64,000 nt of DNA from Squalus acanthias (Eukaryota). The DNA lies in NCBI GenBank assembly GCA_030390025.1, contig CM059431.1, positions 143,532,001 to 143,596,000 on the forward strand, written 5' to 3'. Positions 23,108 to 36,680 of the stretch are shown piece by piece (position 1 is the stretch's first letter; each line of letters opens with the position of its first letter). The notes under the pieces were generated by a model. The model had not been told where the DNA came from and made no database searches. It saw nothing but the letters and a program-made list of their open reading frames with translations. The translations under genes and the position numbers were made by a program.

Positions 23108-26100
23108 AATCATAGAATCATCGAATCATAGAAAGGCTACAGTACAGTTGGAGGCCATTCGGCTCATCCATCCCGTTCTGGCTCTATGCACGAGCATTTC
23201 AGCTAGTTCCACTCCCTCGAATTTACCCCCTGGCCCTGCAGTTTTTTCCTCCATGTACTTGTCCAATTCCCTTTTGAAAGCCACGATTGAATCTGCCTCG
23301 ACCATCATTTCAGGCAGTGCATTCCAGATCCTAAGCACTCACTGCGTAAAAAACTTTTTTCGCATGTGGCCTTTGGTTCTTCTGCCAATCAACTTAAATG
23401 TGTGTCCTCTGGTTCTCGACCCTTCCACCAATGAGAATACTAATTTTCTATCTACTTTGTCTAGACACCTCATGATTATGTACACCTCTATCAAATCTCC
23501 TCTCAACCTTCTCTGCTCTAAGGAGAACAACCCCAGCTTCTCCATTCTATCCATGTAGATGAAGTCCCTCATCCCTGGATCCATTCTTGTAAATCTTTTC
23601 TGCACCCTCTCTAAGGCCTTCAAATCCTTCCTAAATTGGGATGCCCAGAATTGGACACAATGCTGCAGTCGAGCTCGGACCAGTGTTTTATAAAGGTTCA
23701 TCAAAAGGTTAGTATGCAGGTGCAGCAAGTGATTAAGAAGGCAAATGGAATGTTGGCTTTCATTGCTAGGGGGATAGAATATAAAAATAGGGAGGTATTG
23801 CTTCAGTTGTACAAGGTATTGGTGAGACCGCAACAGGAATACTGCATACAGTTTTGGTGTCCTTACTTAAGGAAAGACATCCTTGCTCTCGAGGCAGTGC
23901 AAAAAAGGTTCACTCGGTCAATCCCGGGGATGAGGGGGTGGTCATATGAGGAGTGATTGGGTAGATTGGGACTCTACTCATTGGAGTTCAGAAGAATGAG
24001 AGGCGATCTTATTGAAACATATAAGATTGTGAAGGGGTTGGATCGGGTGGATGCGGGGAGGATGTTCCCGATGACGGGTGAGACTAGAACTAGGGGACAT
24101 AGTCTTAGAATAATGGGCTGCTCTTTCAAAACTGAGATGAGGAGGAACTACTTCACTCAGAGGGTGGTAGGTCCATGGAATATGCTGCCACAAAAAGCTG
24201 TAGAAGCTACATCATTAAATAAATTTAAAACAGAAATAGACAGTTTCCTAGAAGTAAAGGGCATTAAGGGTTACGGGGAGCAGGCAGGAATTTGGACATG
24301 AGTCTAGGTTCGGATCCGGTCATGGCCCTGTGGGTAGTGGAGCGGGCCCAGGGACCGTGTAGCCTGATTCTGCTCCTATTTCGTGTGTGCAATTCTGTTA
24401 GATGCAGGAGATGGTTCTGTGATAGATAGTAGATTGGCGGTTAGGATCAGATCAGCCATGATCTTATTGAATGGCGGAGCAGGCTCGAGGGGCCGATTGG
24501 TCTACTCCTGCTCCTATTTCTTATGTTCTTATGTTCTTGCATTTTTACGCTATGCCTCTATTTTGAAGCCCAGGATCACGTATGCTTTTTAATCGTTTTC
24601 TCAACCTGCCCTGCCACCTTCAACGATTTGTGCACATATACCCCCAGGATGTTGCAGACCCTTAGAATTGTACCCTTTAATTTATATTGCCTCTCCTCGT
24701 TCTTCCTACCAAAATATATCACTTCACACATTTCTGCATAAAATTTCCATCTGCTCCGCGTCCGCCCACTCCACCAGCTTGTCTGCTCTCCTCTTCAAGT
24801 CTATTACTCTCCTCCCCACTGTTCACTATACTTCCAGGTTTTGTGTCACCTGCAAATTTGGAAAATATGCCCTGTATACCCAAATCCAAGCCATTAACAT
24901 ATATCAATAAATGCAGTGGTCGTAGAACAGACCCCTGGGGATCACCACTGTGTACCTTCCTCCAGTCCGAAAAACAACCGTTCACCTCTACTCACTGTTT
25001 CTTGTCAATTAGCCCATATCTGCTGCCACTGTCCCTTTTATTCCCTGGGCTTCAACTTTGCTAGCAAGACGATTGTGTTGCATCGTATCAAAATCCTTTT
25101 GGAAGTCCAGATTCACCACATCAACCGCATTGCCCTCATCAACCCTCTCTGTTACCTCATGAAAAAACTAATCAACTTTAGTTAAACAGGATTTGCCTTT
25201 AACAAATCCGTGCTGGCTTTCCTTAATTAATCCACATTTGTCCCGTTGAGTTTGTCCCGGATTATCGTTTCTTAAATCTTCCCCACTACCGAGGTTAAAT
25301 TGACTGGCCTGTAGTTCATGGGTTTATCCTTACACCCTTTCTTGAACAAGTTTGTAGCATTTGAATTCTCCAGTCCTCTGGCACCACCCCCGTATCTATG
25401 GAGGATTGTAAGATTATGGTCAGTATCTCCGCAATTTCCACCATTAATTCCCTCAGCATCCAAGGATGCATCCCATCCGGTCATGGAGACGTACCTACTT
25501 TAATTACAGCCAGCCTTTCTAGCACATCTACTTTATCATTGTTTTTATCCCATCCAGTATCTCCACTAGCTTCTCTTTCGCTACGACTTTGACAGCATTT
25601 TCCTCCTTGGTAAACACAGATGCAAAGTACTAATTTAGTACGTCAGCCAAGCCCTCTGCCTCCATGCATAGATCTTATTTTTGTTCTCTTATCGGCTCCA
25701 CCGCTCCACTTACTGCCCGTTTATTATTTATATGCCTATACAAGCCTTTTTGATCCCCTTTAATGTTAGCTGCCAGTCTTTCTCACGCTCTCACTTTGCC
25801 CCGCTTATTTCCTTTTTCATGTTCCCTCTGAACTTTCTATTTTCAGTCTGATTATCACTTATATTCTCAACCAACATCTGACATACGGGCTCTTTTTCTG
25901 CTTCATCTTACTGTCTATCTCTTTCATCGTACATGGAGCTCTGATTTCAGTTACCCTACCTCTCCCCCTCGTGGAATGTACCTCGAATATACCCGAACAT
26001 TCTCCTCTTTAAAGGCAGCCCATCGTTCAATTACAGTTTTGCCTGCCAATCTTTGATTCCAATTTACCCGGGCCAGATCCATTCCCACCCCACTTAAATT

Positions 26101-26637
26101 GGTCTTCCACCAATTAAGTATTTTCACTCTAGATTGCTACCTGTCCTTTTCTGTAGCTAATTTAAACCTTATGATACTATGATCACTGTTCCCTAAATAC
26201 GCCCCTAATGACAATTGCTCCACTTGACCCATCTCATTACCCAGAACCAGATCCAGCAATGCCTACTTCCTCGTTGAGCCAGAAGCGTACTGATGAAGAA
26301 AGGACACACTTCAGAAATTCTTCGCCCACTGTGCCCTTTACACTATTACGATCCCAGTCTATATTAGGATAAACTAAGTCTCCATTATCACTATTCTGTA
26401 GTTCTTGCACCTCTCTGTAATTTCCATGCAAATTGCTCCTCTGTATCCTTCCCACTAGTTGATGCGCTATAGAATACACCTAGTAGTGTAATGGCACCCC
26501 TACTGTTTATTAACACTAACTAAAGAGATTCTGTCCTTGACCCCTCCAGGGCATCCTCTCTGCAGCACTTTAATATTCTCCTTAATCAATACCACCACCA
26601 CACTTCATTTCTTTCCTTCCCTGTCTTTCCTGGACAC
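23108..26637 (-). mobile_element. Older CR1 LINE (endonuclease-RT remnants), interrupted at 23701-24539
   Basis: CR1 ORF2 motifs (NYRPVNLTSVVGK, GDPQGSVL, KFAGDTK, EQRRLRGDLIEVY) and a CR1 tail at ~23108. Confidence 0.9.
23701..24539 (+). mobile_element. Young 5'-truncated CR1 LINE nested in opposite orientation
   Basis: RT C-terminus (KKANGMLAFIARGIEYK...EFRRMRGDLIETYK) and a (TTCTTATG)n tail. Near-identical to 57533-58360. Confidence 0.92.
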
Positions 26638-27834
26638 CAATGTTTAACTTGTTCATGCCTTTGTTCTCTATTTTACATGTTGATATTGATGATGTGATTG
26701 ATTACACATAGCCTTCTCACGATTGGAGCTGGGTTCAGATGCATCGCTGCCTGATAGAATTACAATCCTTGCCTAGAGAAGATCAGCTCCATCCAGTTTA
26801 ATGTGAATGTGCCTCTTACATAGAATAGTCAGATCTCACCATCAATTCCCACAGAAGCTGGATGCTAGCCAGATTAGAAGAGTTTGGGATCCACGGGGAA
26901 ATGAAACCATGTGACGTTTGGCTTTTGGAGAACCTCAGGATGAGGCGGGAAGTTAGAAAGTGACGGGTAGCGGGGGCACTTCATCAGAATTAATAAATGA
27001 AGCCCATTCAGATTTAAGGTACTGAGGCTATTTTTAGAGTAAGGTTTTAAATTAGGTTCTTGAACTTTGAAGTGTGGTGTCATTGGTTTATTGATCCCAC
27101 AGTACGTGCAATTGTACTTACACATAAAATTAAAAGGCACAAATTACAGCCATACCTGATGATGGTTTTGATGATGGAGTCAAAAGTTTACGGTTCTGAG
27201 CTCAGTATCTTCGGCTTTTAAAAATTTCAAATACTCATTACAAACAGCTCATTTTATACATTGCCCTCACTCCCGCTACTTCGTATGAGAAGAATTAATT
27301 TACTTATCCTTTATCAATAACGGTAGATGGATGAATACAAATATGTTGAAGGGATGTTCAGACCGAGCAGGTAAAGTGATTGGAACTAATTGTTAGGGTG
27401 GAGGTTAAACGCCGCCTAGGACTGGTTGGGTCGAATCATTTTTTCTTTCCTGCCGTAGCACTCCATTGTGTTGACCAGCTGAGATTTTCAGTAAATATCT
27501 GTGAACAAAGATGTCTAATGTCACATTGACGAGTCAAGTTCCTACTGTCTCCATCATTAGACACTGGTCAGGAGACAGGGCCCCGTTCTATTGGTCCAGG
27601 AGACACTGGGGGGCGGAGTCTGATGGGGAGACATGCGCCTGCAACATTCACACCAAAATTACAGAATTACAGATAACCGCCATTGTAACACATTGTTTCT
27701 ACACTAAATGAAACATTATCTGTTATTTAAACTGAGTTTCATTCCAGTACCTGCGGTGTGAGGCAGTTAACACTAACGCCCACGTGTTCTACTCCACTGC
27801 TGAAGCTCAGTCATGACCGTTCTTTCAGAGTATT

Positions 27835-28500
27835 GCATAGTATTTACAGCAGAGAATCAGGCCATTCGTCTCAACAGGTCCATGCTGGTGAAAATGCTCC
27901 ACACGAGCCTCCTCCCACCTCCTTCCTCTAACTCCTTCAACATATCATTCTATCCCTTTCTGCCATATGTGCCTATCCAGCTTCCCCTTAAATACATCTA
28001 TGTTATTCACCTCAACAATTCCATGTGGTAGCGAGTTTCACATTCTCACCACTCTCCGGGTAAATAAGTTTCTCCTGAACTCCCTATTGGATTCATTATT
28101 GACTATCTTATTTTTATGCTCCCTAGTTCTGGTCTCCCCCGCAAGTGGACACATCTTCCCTACGTCTACGAATGAAACCCTTTCATAATCTTAAAGACCT
28201 CTATCAGGTCACCCTTCACCCTTTTCCTTTCTAGGGAAAAGAGCCCCCACCTGTCCAATCTTTCCTGACAGTTATAAACTCTCAGTTCTCGTATCATCCC
28301 AGTAAATCTTTATTTACAACTCCTCTATTGTCTTTATGTCCTTGTTTATAATATGGAGACCAGAAATGTGCACAGTTCTCCAAGTGTGGTCTGATCAAGG
28401 TTCGATACAAGTTTAACATATCGTAACTGCTTTGCAACTCTATTCCTCTAGAAATAAGCACTAGTGCTTGGTTTGCTTTTTCTGGCCTTATTAACCTGCC
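27835..28500 (-). mobile_element. CR1 LINE 3' fragment
   Basis: Degenerate RT C-terminus and 3' UTR. Confidence 0.7.
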
Positions 28501-28531
28501 TCATTAACATCTTGTTATTGTTGATAATGGA

Positions 28532-28821
28532 GTTATTGACTGAGCTCAGCAAACAATCTCTGATCAATTACACTACAACAACAACTTGAGTTATTGACTG
28601 AGCTCAGCAAACAATCTCTGATCAATTACACTACAACAACAACTTGCGTTATTGACTGAGCTCAGCAAACAATCTCTGATCAATTACACTACAACAACAA
28701 CTTGAGTTATTGACTGAGCTCAGCAAACAATCTCTGATCAATTACACTACAACAACAACTTGAGTTATTGACTGAGCTTAGCAAACAATCTCTGATCAAT
28801 TACACTACAATAACAACTTGC
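28532..28821. repeat. Tandem repeat, 58 bp x5
   Basis: GTTATTGACTGAGCTCAGCAAACAATCTCTGATCAATTACACTACAACAACAACTTGA, near-perfect copies. Confidence 0.97.
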
Positions 28822-29070
28822 ATTTATAGGAAGTTTCTTGGAATATTGAGCGGGAAGGGCGCTGCTTTAGCGGGAATCGATTGTGTTCACCCGGGGAAAA
28901 CAGCAGACATCAAACACCCGGCACAAAGTAGAGGGAATGTTTTCTGATACCTGTTCATTTTCACAACAACAATTGGCTTTCGCCCCAACAGAAAGACGGG
29001 CATTCCAAAATGGAACACGGGCTGTAATTGAACTTTAGCAAGGACAGGAAGCCTTGGCTTAATGTTACAT

Positions 29071-29971
29071 TTATTTAGCCAATATCAGAATCAATGTCCA
29101 AGGAGATTTCTCCACATTCCTCAGCTCTTCTCTGAATTTAGTTTGTGTAGCTGCATAAATACACTTGTTTGTGCAGGAACTCAAATACATGAGCAGATAT
29201 CCGGTTTCTGTGGCGATGTCGGCAGGAGATGTATAATCGCCTCGGCAATGCGCACTGTTTATCAGTCTGATAGTTAAAAAACTTACGACAGCTGTCAGCC
29301 TCAATACTATAAAACTGCCCGATACAGTGAACAGTAAAGTGATGGATTTCCCTCTATTCTCCATCTCTGGATCGCTCTGATTCTCACTGCTGTGACCCCT
29401 TTTGCCCCAGCGGGCAATACTGGCCTCAAAAATACGTCTGTCTGTCAAACAATTAAACAGTAATATCAAAGCAAGAGGAATCCACATCGTTGAAATATCT
29501 TGTAACCGGCAGAACCCGACACCTGCAGGTGATGAAAAATAGTCCAGTCCGGAGTAACAACCCCAATGAATATTGTTAATGTTTCGTTCAGGTTTATAGA
29601 CAATCAAATCTGGAATGCTTTGTAAATAGATCAGGACAGAAACCGTTTTTATGGCCACAGCCGCAGTTCTAACTCTCCAATAACTTGTTTTAAATTTCTG
29701 ACAACACATGGCTAGAAATCGGTCAAAGGTGAAAAAGATTGTAAACCACACCGACATATCCAGGCTGGTAGAATGGATGTAAATAATTTTCTTACAAACG
29801 GCAGTGTAGGACAGGAAGGAATGTGGAAAGTGATTATGCAAATGTGATACACTATTACATTGAGGATCATGACCAGTAGATCTGCTGTTGCCATGGCCAC
29901 CATGGAGACAGAGATACACTTGGAAAGGCCGCAGTTTCCTCTGGAGAGAATCACCATTGTCAGTAGGTTCG
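29071..29971 (-). pseudogene. GPR139-like class A GPCR, copy A, frameshifted
   Basis: ANLLTMVILSRGNCGLSKCIS..MATADLL lies in one frame and FTFDRFLAMCC...TNKCIYAATQTKFREEL in another (shift near 29845). Acceptor reads cagag| versus tacag| in copy B. Confidence 0.88.
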
Positions 29972-31571
29972 CTCTGAGAAAGAGAGACAAGAGGTCAGTA
30001 ACGGGGACACTCAGATAAATCTCACAGCTTATTGTGGGGAAATGTTGAGATGTGTTCCTATTATTTTTTATATCGGTGAGCGTTGTCGACATTTTGTTCA
30101 AAATAAACGCATCATTCTACACTCACTATAGAGGGACGGAGAATGACCATCCTTCCAGCATACTTCAGTCAGGCGTTGTCCAGGCGGCGCGGGGAGGTGG
30201 GTCGCTCGGATTCAGTCTCGGGAATGGACACGGAGAGCGATCCCCACCACCACAGACACCCAGGCACTGATATAGGAGGCTATTAAATTTGTGAGATAAT
30301 GTAAAACCGGCGACATTGGATCAGCCGTCCGTCATACATCTCTCCGATTGTCATTTCAATCACTATCGCCCCTGACACTAGACTGAGTCTGCATTCCCAC
30401 TCTAGCTGTGCGGTCCAGGTCAAACCGAAGTACCTCGCAGGGACGGTACAGTTACAGATAAAAGCCGCTTGAAGCGAAACCTTGGATGGTTCTGTAACTT
30501 GTTCATATTCGAGAGACAATAAAGAAGCGGATTCCCTTACATACATCCAAACACACATTCCATTGCAGTGTGGGGCGCTGAAACCATCCCACCATGAGGC
30601 TGGGACCATGTGATGCACCGAGCCAATTTGATGAGTTACTACAGCGGCCCCAGGGAGCAAGCGATGGAATTTTACATTTAATTTCATCGGTTTATTTGAC
30701 GAGGGGGATCTCGGGAGCGGCATCCGATGTCAGCTGTATTCAATAGAATTTACAAACAATTACTGGAAAGATATGAATTCACAGTTAATATTCAGCTGTG
30801 ACACAAAACATTATAACCACAAACCGCGACCGCTGCTGCAGACCAGGCGATCACAGGATGGTGAAAATAACAACCATCGCAAAGAAATGTTGGGACACCT
30901 GATCAGTGAACTCCCGGTAAACTAGGGGAGTGAGTAGGAGCTGGAAATCCAAATAGAGAAATACTACTGATTAAAAAGGATTAGATTCCTGAACTTACTG
31001 TTCATAGAGTTAAACCCATGGGGCTGAGGGCTCAGGAGTAAAACTGTGAGAAAGGCCTTGATGGTTGTGACTGCTCCCGTGAGACGACGCACTGGATCCC
31101 AGCAGAGGATCGGGCTGTAGCTCCCACAGACCATGGAGGGAGTGCAAGGTACTGAAGGATTCTTTCCCGGCTCTTTAAAGAGAGGAAACATTCCGGACAG
31201 ACCATTCCGGACACAAAGCGATAGTCCCAGAAATCCCCGACCCATGGGCACAGCTCTTGGAATCTGTCCACAGCTGAATGGTAGCTTGAGGTCCAGTGTC
31301 GATTGATGGAAATTCAGCCCCAGCATCAAAGGGTCTCAGATCCTCTTCGCCGAATTCACTGATTACCGGCCTCTCTGAGCAAAGCCGAGCCGCTCCCGCC
31401 ATGGCCAGTGATTGCGAGAGGGGAATTTTGGCTTTTACAACCCGGAGCAAAGGGCTTTCACCCACTGGTGGACTTTCTGAGTTCACTTGGTTCCAGTCAT
31501 TCTGCAATAATCTGAATCAACCCAGCATCTCCCGGGGTGTCATTTTCAAACTCTAACACTGTGCTGGGACG

Positions 31572-32220
31572 GCATTGTAGTGTCGGCCAAAGGCAGCACA
31601 TGGGCCTCAGTAACAGACTCAGAGAGACTCCCAGTACAACATGGTTTCATTCCCCACACCAGCCCCATTGTAGTGTCGGTCAAAGGCAGTACATGGGCCT
31701 CAGCAACAGACTCCGAGACACTCCCAGTACAACATGGTTTCATTCCCCACACCAGCCCCATTGTAGTATCGGCCAAAGGCAGCACATGGGCCTCAGCAAC
31801 AGACTCAGAGAGACTCCCAGTACAACATGGTTTCATTCCCCACACCAGCCCCATTGTAGTATCGGCCAAAGGCAGCACATGGGCCTCAGCAACAGACTCA
31901 GAGAGACTCCCAGTACAACATGGTTTCACTCCCCACACCAGCCCCATTGTAGTATCGGCCAAAGGCAGCACATGGACCTCAGCAACAGACTCAGAGAGAC
32001 TCCCAGTACAACATGGTTTCATTACCTATACCAGCCCCATTCTAGTGTCGGCCAAAGGCAGCACATGGACCTCAGCAACAGACTCAGAGAGCCTCCCAGT
32101 ACAAAATGGTTTCAGTCCCCACACCAGCCCCATTGTAGTATCGGCCAGAGACAGCACATGGGCCTCAGCAACAGACTCAGAGAGCCTCCCAGTACAACAG
32201 GGATTTAATCCCCACACCCG
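31572..32220. repeat. Minisatellite, 93-bp unit, ~7 copies
   Basis: CATTGTAGTATCGGCCAAAGGCAGCACATGGGCCTCAGCAACAGACTCAGAGAGACTCCCAGTACAACATGGTTTCATTCCCCACACCAGCCC. Confidence 0.95.
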
Positions 32221-32624
32221 TGCCAATGTGGTCTCTCTAAGGGGGATTTCCTGCCACTTTTGCGGGGTCAGGAGTGTTTTTTGTGGTGCGGGCCGATAAT
32301 ATAAAGAACTGACGCTGATTTTATGAACTAACTGGGACTAGAGAAAGGTCTCTGGTTTCACAGAACAGACCTGGTGTGACCAACACTCACATTGGACAAG
32401 ACGGCATAAACCAGGAAGCTTCATCAATGATTGGAAAGGCTGCGAATCCCATCAGTACAGTGATTTCTGTCCTGTTTTCATACCATGCTGTACGTGAGAT
32501 GGTGAGGTTCATTGGGTAGTTTAAGAGGAACTGTGCGCTGCTTTGATCTCATGCTGTATCTGAGTTCACTGTGCTTGATGAACGATAATACAGTGAGATT
32601 TACAATGTATCCAACTCCTGCCTA

Positions 32625-33200
32625 CCTGCCCTGTGAGTGTTTGATGGAACAGTGTCGAGGGAGCTTTCTGTATGCGACCCGTGCTGTACCTTACCTTGGA
32701 GTCTTTGATGGGATAGTATGGAGGGAGCTTTACCCTGTATGTAACCCATGCTATTCCTGACGTGGGAATCTTTGATGGGATAGTGTGGAGGGAGCTTTAC
32801 TCTGTATGTAACCCATGCTATTCCTGACGTGGGAATCTTTGATGGGATAGTGTGGAGGGAGCTTTACTCTATATCTACCCCGTGCTGGACCTGTCGTGGA
32901 AGTCTTTGATGGGAAAATGTGCTGGGAGCTTTACTCTGTATGTAACCCATGCTATTCCTGACCTTGGAGACTTTGATGGGATAGTTTGGAGGGAGCTTCA
33001 CTCTATATCTACACCGTGCTGGACCTATTGTGGGAGTCTTTGATGGGATAGTGTCGAGGAGATTTACTCTGTATGTGACCCGTGCTGGACCTGTCGCGGG
33101 AGTATTTTTTAGCAGTTTAAATATGCTTTACACTATATGTAACCCATGCTGTACCTGACCTGGGAGTGTTTGATGGGATGGTGTAGAGGTAGTTTTAATC
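32625..33200. repeat. Minisatellite, ~67-bp unit
   Basis: GGGAGCTTTACTCTGTATGTAACCCATGCT...TTTGATGGGATAGTGTGGA repeated. Confidence 0.9.
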
Positions 33201-33876
33201 TGCATGTATATGTTGCCTTTCAGCAGCAGCAGCAGCAGTAACCCTGTCACGTGCCAGTTGCTTAAAGGCTAGAGATTGTACATAGGGGCATTTCACTTGG
33301 CCTGAGATGGCTCCAGTCACGGGGAGGGGGAAAGCGCAGGAGACAGTACGGTGCCACCTTTAACAAAATTCACCTCTTCGATCCTCAGGCACAGATGCGA
33401 GGGGATATCTGTCAATTTTTTAATGTTTGTTGTTACTTAAATGCTGGCGTTGTGTCATTTCGTGAAATTTATATTTGTGCTCATAGTGTATTTAACCATT
33501 TCGTTTTATATGTAAAGCCTCCAGTAACTTTATTTATTTTTTCAACTTTGTTTTATTAACATTCAATTGAACATTACAACTGATTAAAAAATTAGAAAAT
33601 AGCTAGATTTCATCTTGAATGTAAAGTTTTTATTGCACTAAGAAACCCAAAAAGTCACATTGAAAGGTTTACATTATTTATCAACCAATTTGTCTTTGCA
33701 AATGTTTACAAAGTAGAAAATAGCTAGCTAACAATTTGTATTTAAAGACGAGGAACATCAAAACAGTATAACAAAGTCTTTAATGGTGCAATAAACGTTC
33801 AATGTTTCACTTTAAATTGTGTCTGTTCTTTTCTGTGCCTTGCTGGGGGAGGGGGAGGTAGGAGGCGACACTATCA

Positions 33877-35035
33877 TCACCTCGTGAAGGTGTTGGCTAC
33901 TAGCAGTTCCCTGGCAGCTTTGGTTTCGGCAGCACCTGGCTCCTCCACATCAGGCCTGGCCACAAAGATATTGGCATCCTCCATGTCCTCCATTTTAGCA
34001 GGGAGCTCCTCTGCAGGGTTAAGGGTCAGTCCTTCCCGCAGGGCAAAGTTATGCAAAGCACAAAAGGCCACCACAATCCTTGCCGCTTTCAGAGGAGAAT
34101 ACTGCTAACTCCCCGCCGCCCCCCCACACCGGTCCTGTCCAGGCACCGGAAGCGTGATTTCAGAACCCCGATTGTCCTCTCCACCATTTGCCGTGTGGAC
34201 ACGTGTGTCCCATTGTGCCTCCCCTGAGCCTTATTATTGGTCCTGCGGTATGCTGTCATCAACCATGGTTTTATCGGGTAGCTCTTGTCACCCAATATCC
34301 ATGCGGATCCTCGAGGCAATGTACTGTGGGCGCTATATAAGTCCGAGTGACGGAGGACGAAGGAGTCATGAGCACTTCCCCGGTGAACTGCATTCATTTT
34401 TAGGATCCTGAGTTGCGCATCACAGACGATTATTACATTTAATGAATGAAACCCCTTCCTGTTGATGTATGTCAGAGGTGCATCAATTGGTGCTTTAATT
34501 CAACATGGGTTCCACCGACGGCCCCAATCACTGTGGGGAAGCCAGGAATCCTATAAAATATAGGGGCCTCTCCTTTTGCTGCCGAGTGGACAAGTCGAAG
34601 TCTATGATCTCTGAAGCCCTGCGGAATATGGCATCAGTGACCTGGTGAATGCAGGCCCTCGAGCACTCTGGGAGATGTTTGAAATGTCACAGGTGTCTGA
34701 CTGAATTGACCCGCATGCAAAGAAGTTCAGTGCTGTGGTTACCTTCATGGACACTGACAAGGCAGTGCGGGTCTTCGAGCGTGTTTGAAGGCTGTCATTC
34801 AACATGTCACATAGTCGGTCAAATGTCTCTTTACAAAAGTGCAGCCTCATCACACACAAATCCTCCCACAGCATCTGAAAAGACAGCCTCTCCCTGTACC
34901 CTCTCTGGGTGGGTAGTAGTTTCTCCTGATCAGGTGGCGGTCATGGTTCCTCAGTCTTCCTTGTTGTTCCCTGGCGTTTTCGATTGTATGGGCCAGAATC
35001 ACACAAAAGATCGGGGCAAACTCCTCAGGAGGCAT
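33877..35035 (-). mobile_element. PIF/Harbinger transposase (HARBI1-like DDE nuclease) pseudogene
   Basis: Fragments ALSVSMKVTTALNFFACGS, IGAVGGTH (normally GAIDGTH), GSAHDSFVL, WILGDKSYP, VERTIGVLKSRFRCLD and FCALHNF, with several frameshifts. Confidence 0.9.
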
Positions 35036-36124
35036 GTTTCTCCCTCACAGGCTTCCTCTTTAAATAGATGCAGTAACTGTAGGGAAGAAATGGAAAGAGT
35101 TGTAAACGTCATATTAATAAAGTGAGTGGTTAGAAATTCACGTCGGGCGGTGATGCGAAACGGGCGGTATCGGATCGGCCGCCCGTCAGACCCGCCTGAT
35201 CAATATCACCGCCTGAGAACAATGTCTAACACTTTTAAAACATTTTACAAAGTCAGACATTAATTTGTAAACAGCATAAAAAAGTTAACATTTAAAACAT
35301 TCATATATTTTGGCACAATTTTAAACATGAGTAAATGTGAACAAAATCATGTTAAAACAGTCATTTTCAAGTTTAAAAAATAAATCTATTTGATTGGAAT
35401 GCTCACCTTGTCCACAGCGAAAGTTTCCTCTTCTAATCACCGACACTCCTCAGAACTAGATCCAAAACCAATGAAATATTTAACAAATTAAATTTATTAT
35501 AAACTTAAACCAGGCTTTGTACCAAGAACCTTGTTAACTTTAAAAGCTAAAACAGTCCGGTTTCCAGCCCCCTGACTCCACGTCTTCTTCCTGCTTCTTC
35601 TTTAGATAGAATGCTGGCTGTCCGCCTGCTTTTTTTCTGTCGTTGCAGTTTTGTCAGTAACTGCTGGTCAGTAGTTGGACAAATAGCGCAAATCTGCGCG
35701 AGATCGCAATTTCCAATTTTAGCGCATGCGCTTCGCATGCCTAAACCCGGAACTTGCGTGGCCCCTACGGACTCGTGCGCACGTCGTACGCACCCGTACG
35801 TCCGCAAAATACGGCCCCGTGTAAACCACTGAAACTGTTGAATTGTCGCTGGCCTCAGCACCAGAAGTTCCATTACCCTTTCCATGTTAACAATCCTATG
35901 ACAAACATAAAAAGGGCACAGGAATATCTGGCACCTGAATATGTGCGAGACACTGCTCTTTATCCACTAGGTAATGTGAACCATGACGAGCTGTTTCACC
36001 TTCTCCAGAACTGTAAAACCAGAGGACATGGCCTGAGATTGGTGGGGGTAAATTCAATACTAATTTCTGGAACCGTTATTTCAATGAGCGACGGTCTATC
36101 TATGGAACAGACTTGCTGCTAATC

Positions 36125-36680
36125 TTTAGAATTAAAACTAGAGGACAGGGGAATTCAGCGGAACACGTGAAGCATAAATAGAAATAGAATAAAGGGGAAT
36201 TCAGGGGAACAATGTAAATGTTTAATTAGAAATGTAGAACAGGAACATTAAGTGGAACCAACGAACTGTTAATTAGAAATATAATAAAATAATATTGGGG
36301 AACACAGTAATGGCTTATTTAGAAATAGAGGACAGTGGAATACGGCAACTGATATTAGAAATAGGGACCAGCGGAACACAATAACCCTTCATTCAGAAGT
36401 AGGGGACAGGGAAAGACAGCAACTGTTCAATTAGAAATAGAGGACAAGGACATTCAGGGGAATAAACTAACTGTCTAATTAGAAATAGAATAAAAGGAGA
36501 CATGGGGTAACACATTAAATAACTGTTTATTTAAAAGCAGTGGACTGGGGAGACAGTAACTGTTTATTTAGAATTAGAGGAGACGGGAATGTCAGGGAAA
36601 CACAGTAATTGTTTAATTAGAAATAGAGAAGCACAAGGGAATACAACAACTGGTTAATTAGAAACAGGGGACGGGGAATC
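36125..36680. repeat. Degenerate purine-rich tandem repeat
   Basis: Recurring AACTGTTTAATTAGAAATAGAGGACAGGG motif at ~40-50 bp spacing. Confidence 0.75.

Noticed and set aside
27585..27625. CCAAT plus GC-box promoter
   Set aside because: The motifs are short and no gene start is linked to them, so they cannot be told from chance.
28532..28821. CRISPR-like regular array
   Set aside because: Units are contiguous and identical with no unique spacers, there are no cas genes, and the DNA is vertebrate.
31537..32299. 223-239 aa mucin-like repeat ORFs
   Set aside because: The 93-bp unit is a multiple of 3 and stays open in several frames, with no signal peptide or exon boundaries.
33877..35035. 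Host HARBI1 gene
   Set aside because: It is frameshifted, has lost a catalytic Asp and lies next to transposon-like ends, so it is a dead transposon copy.
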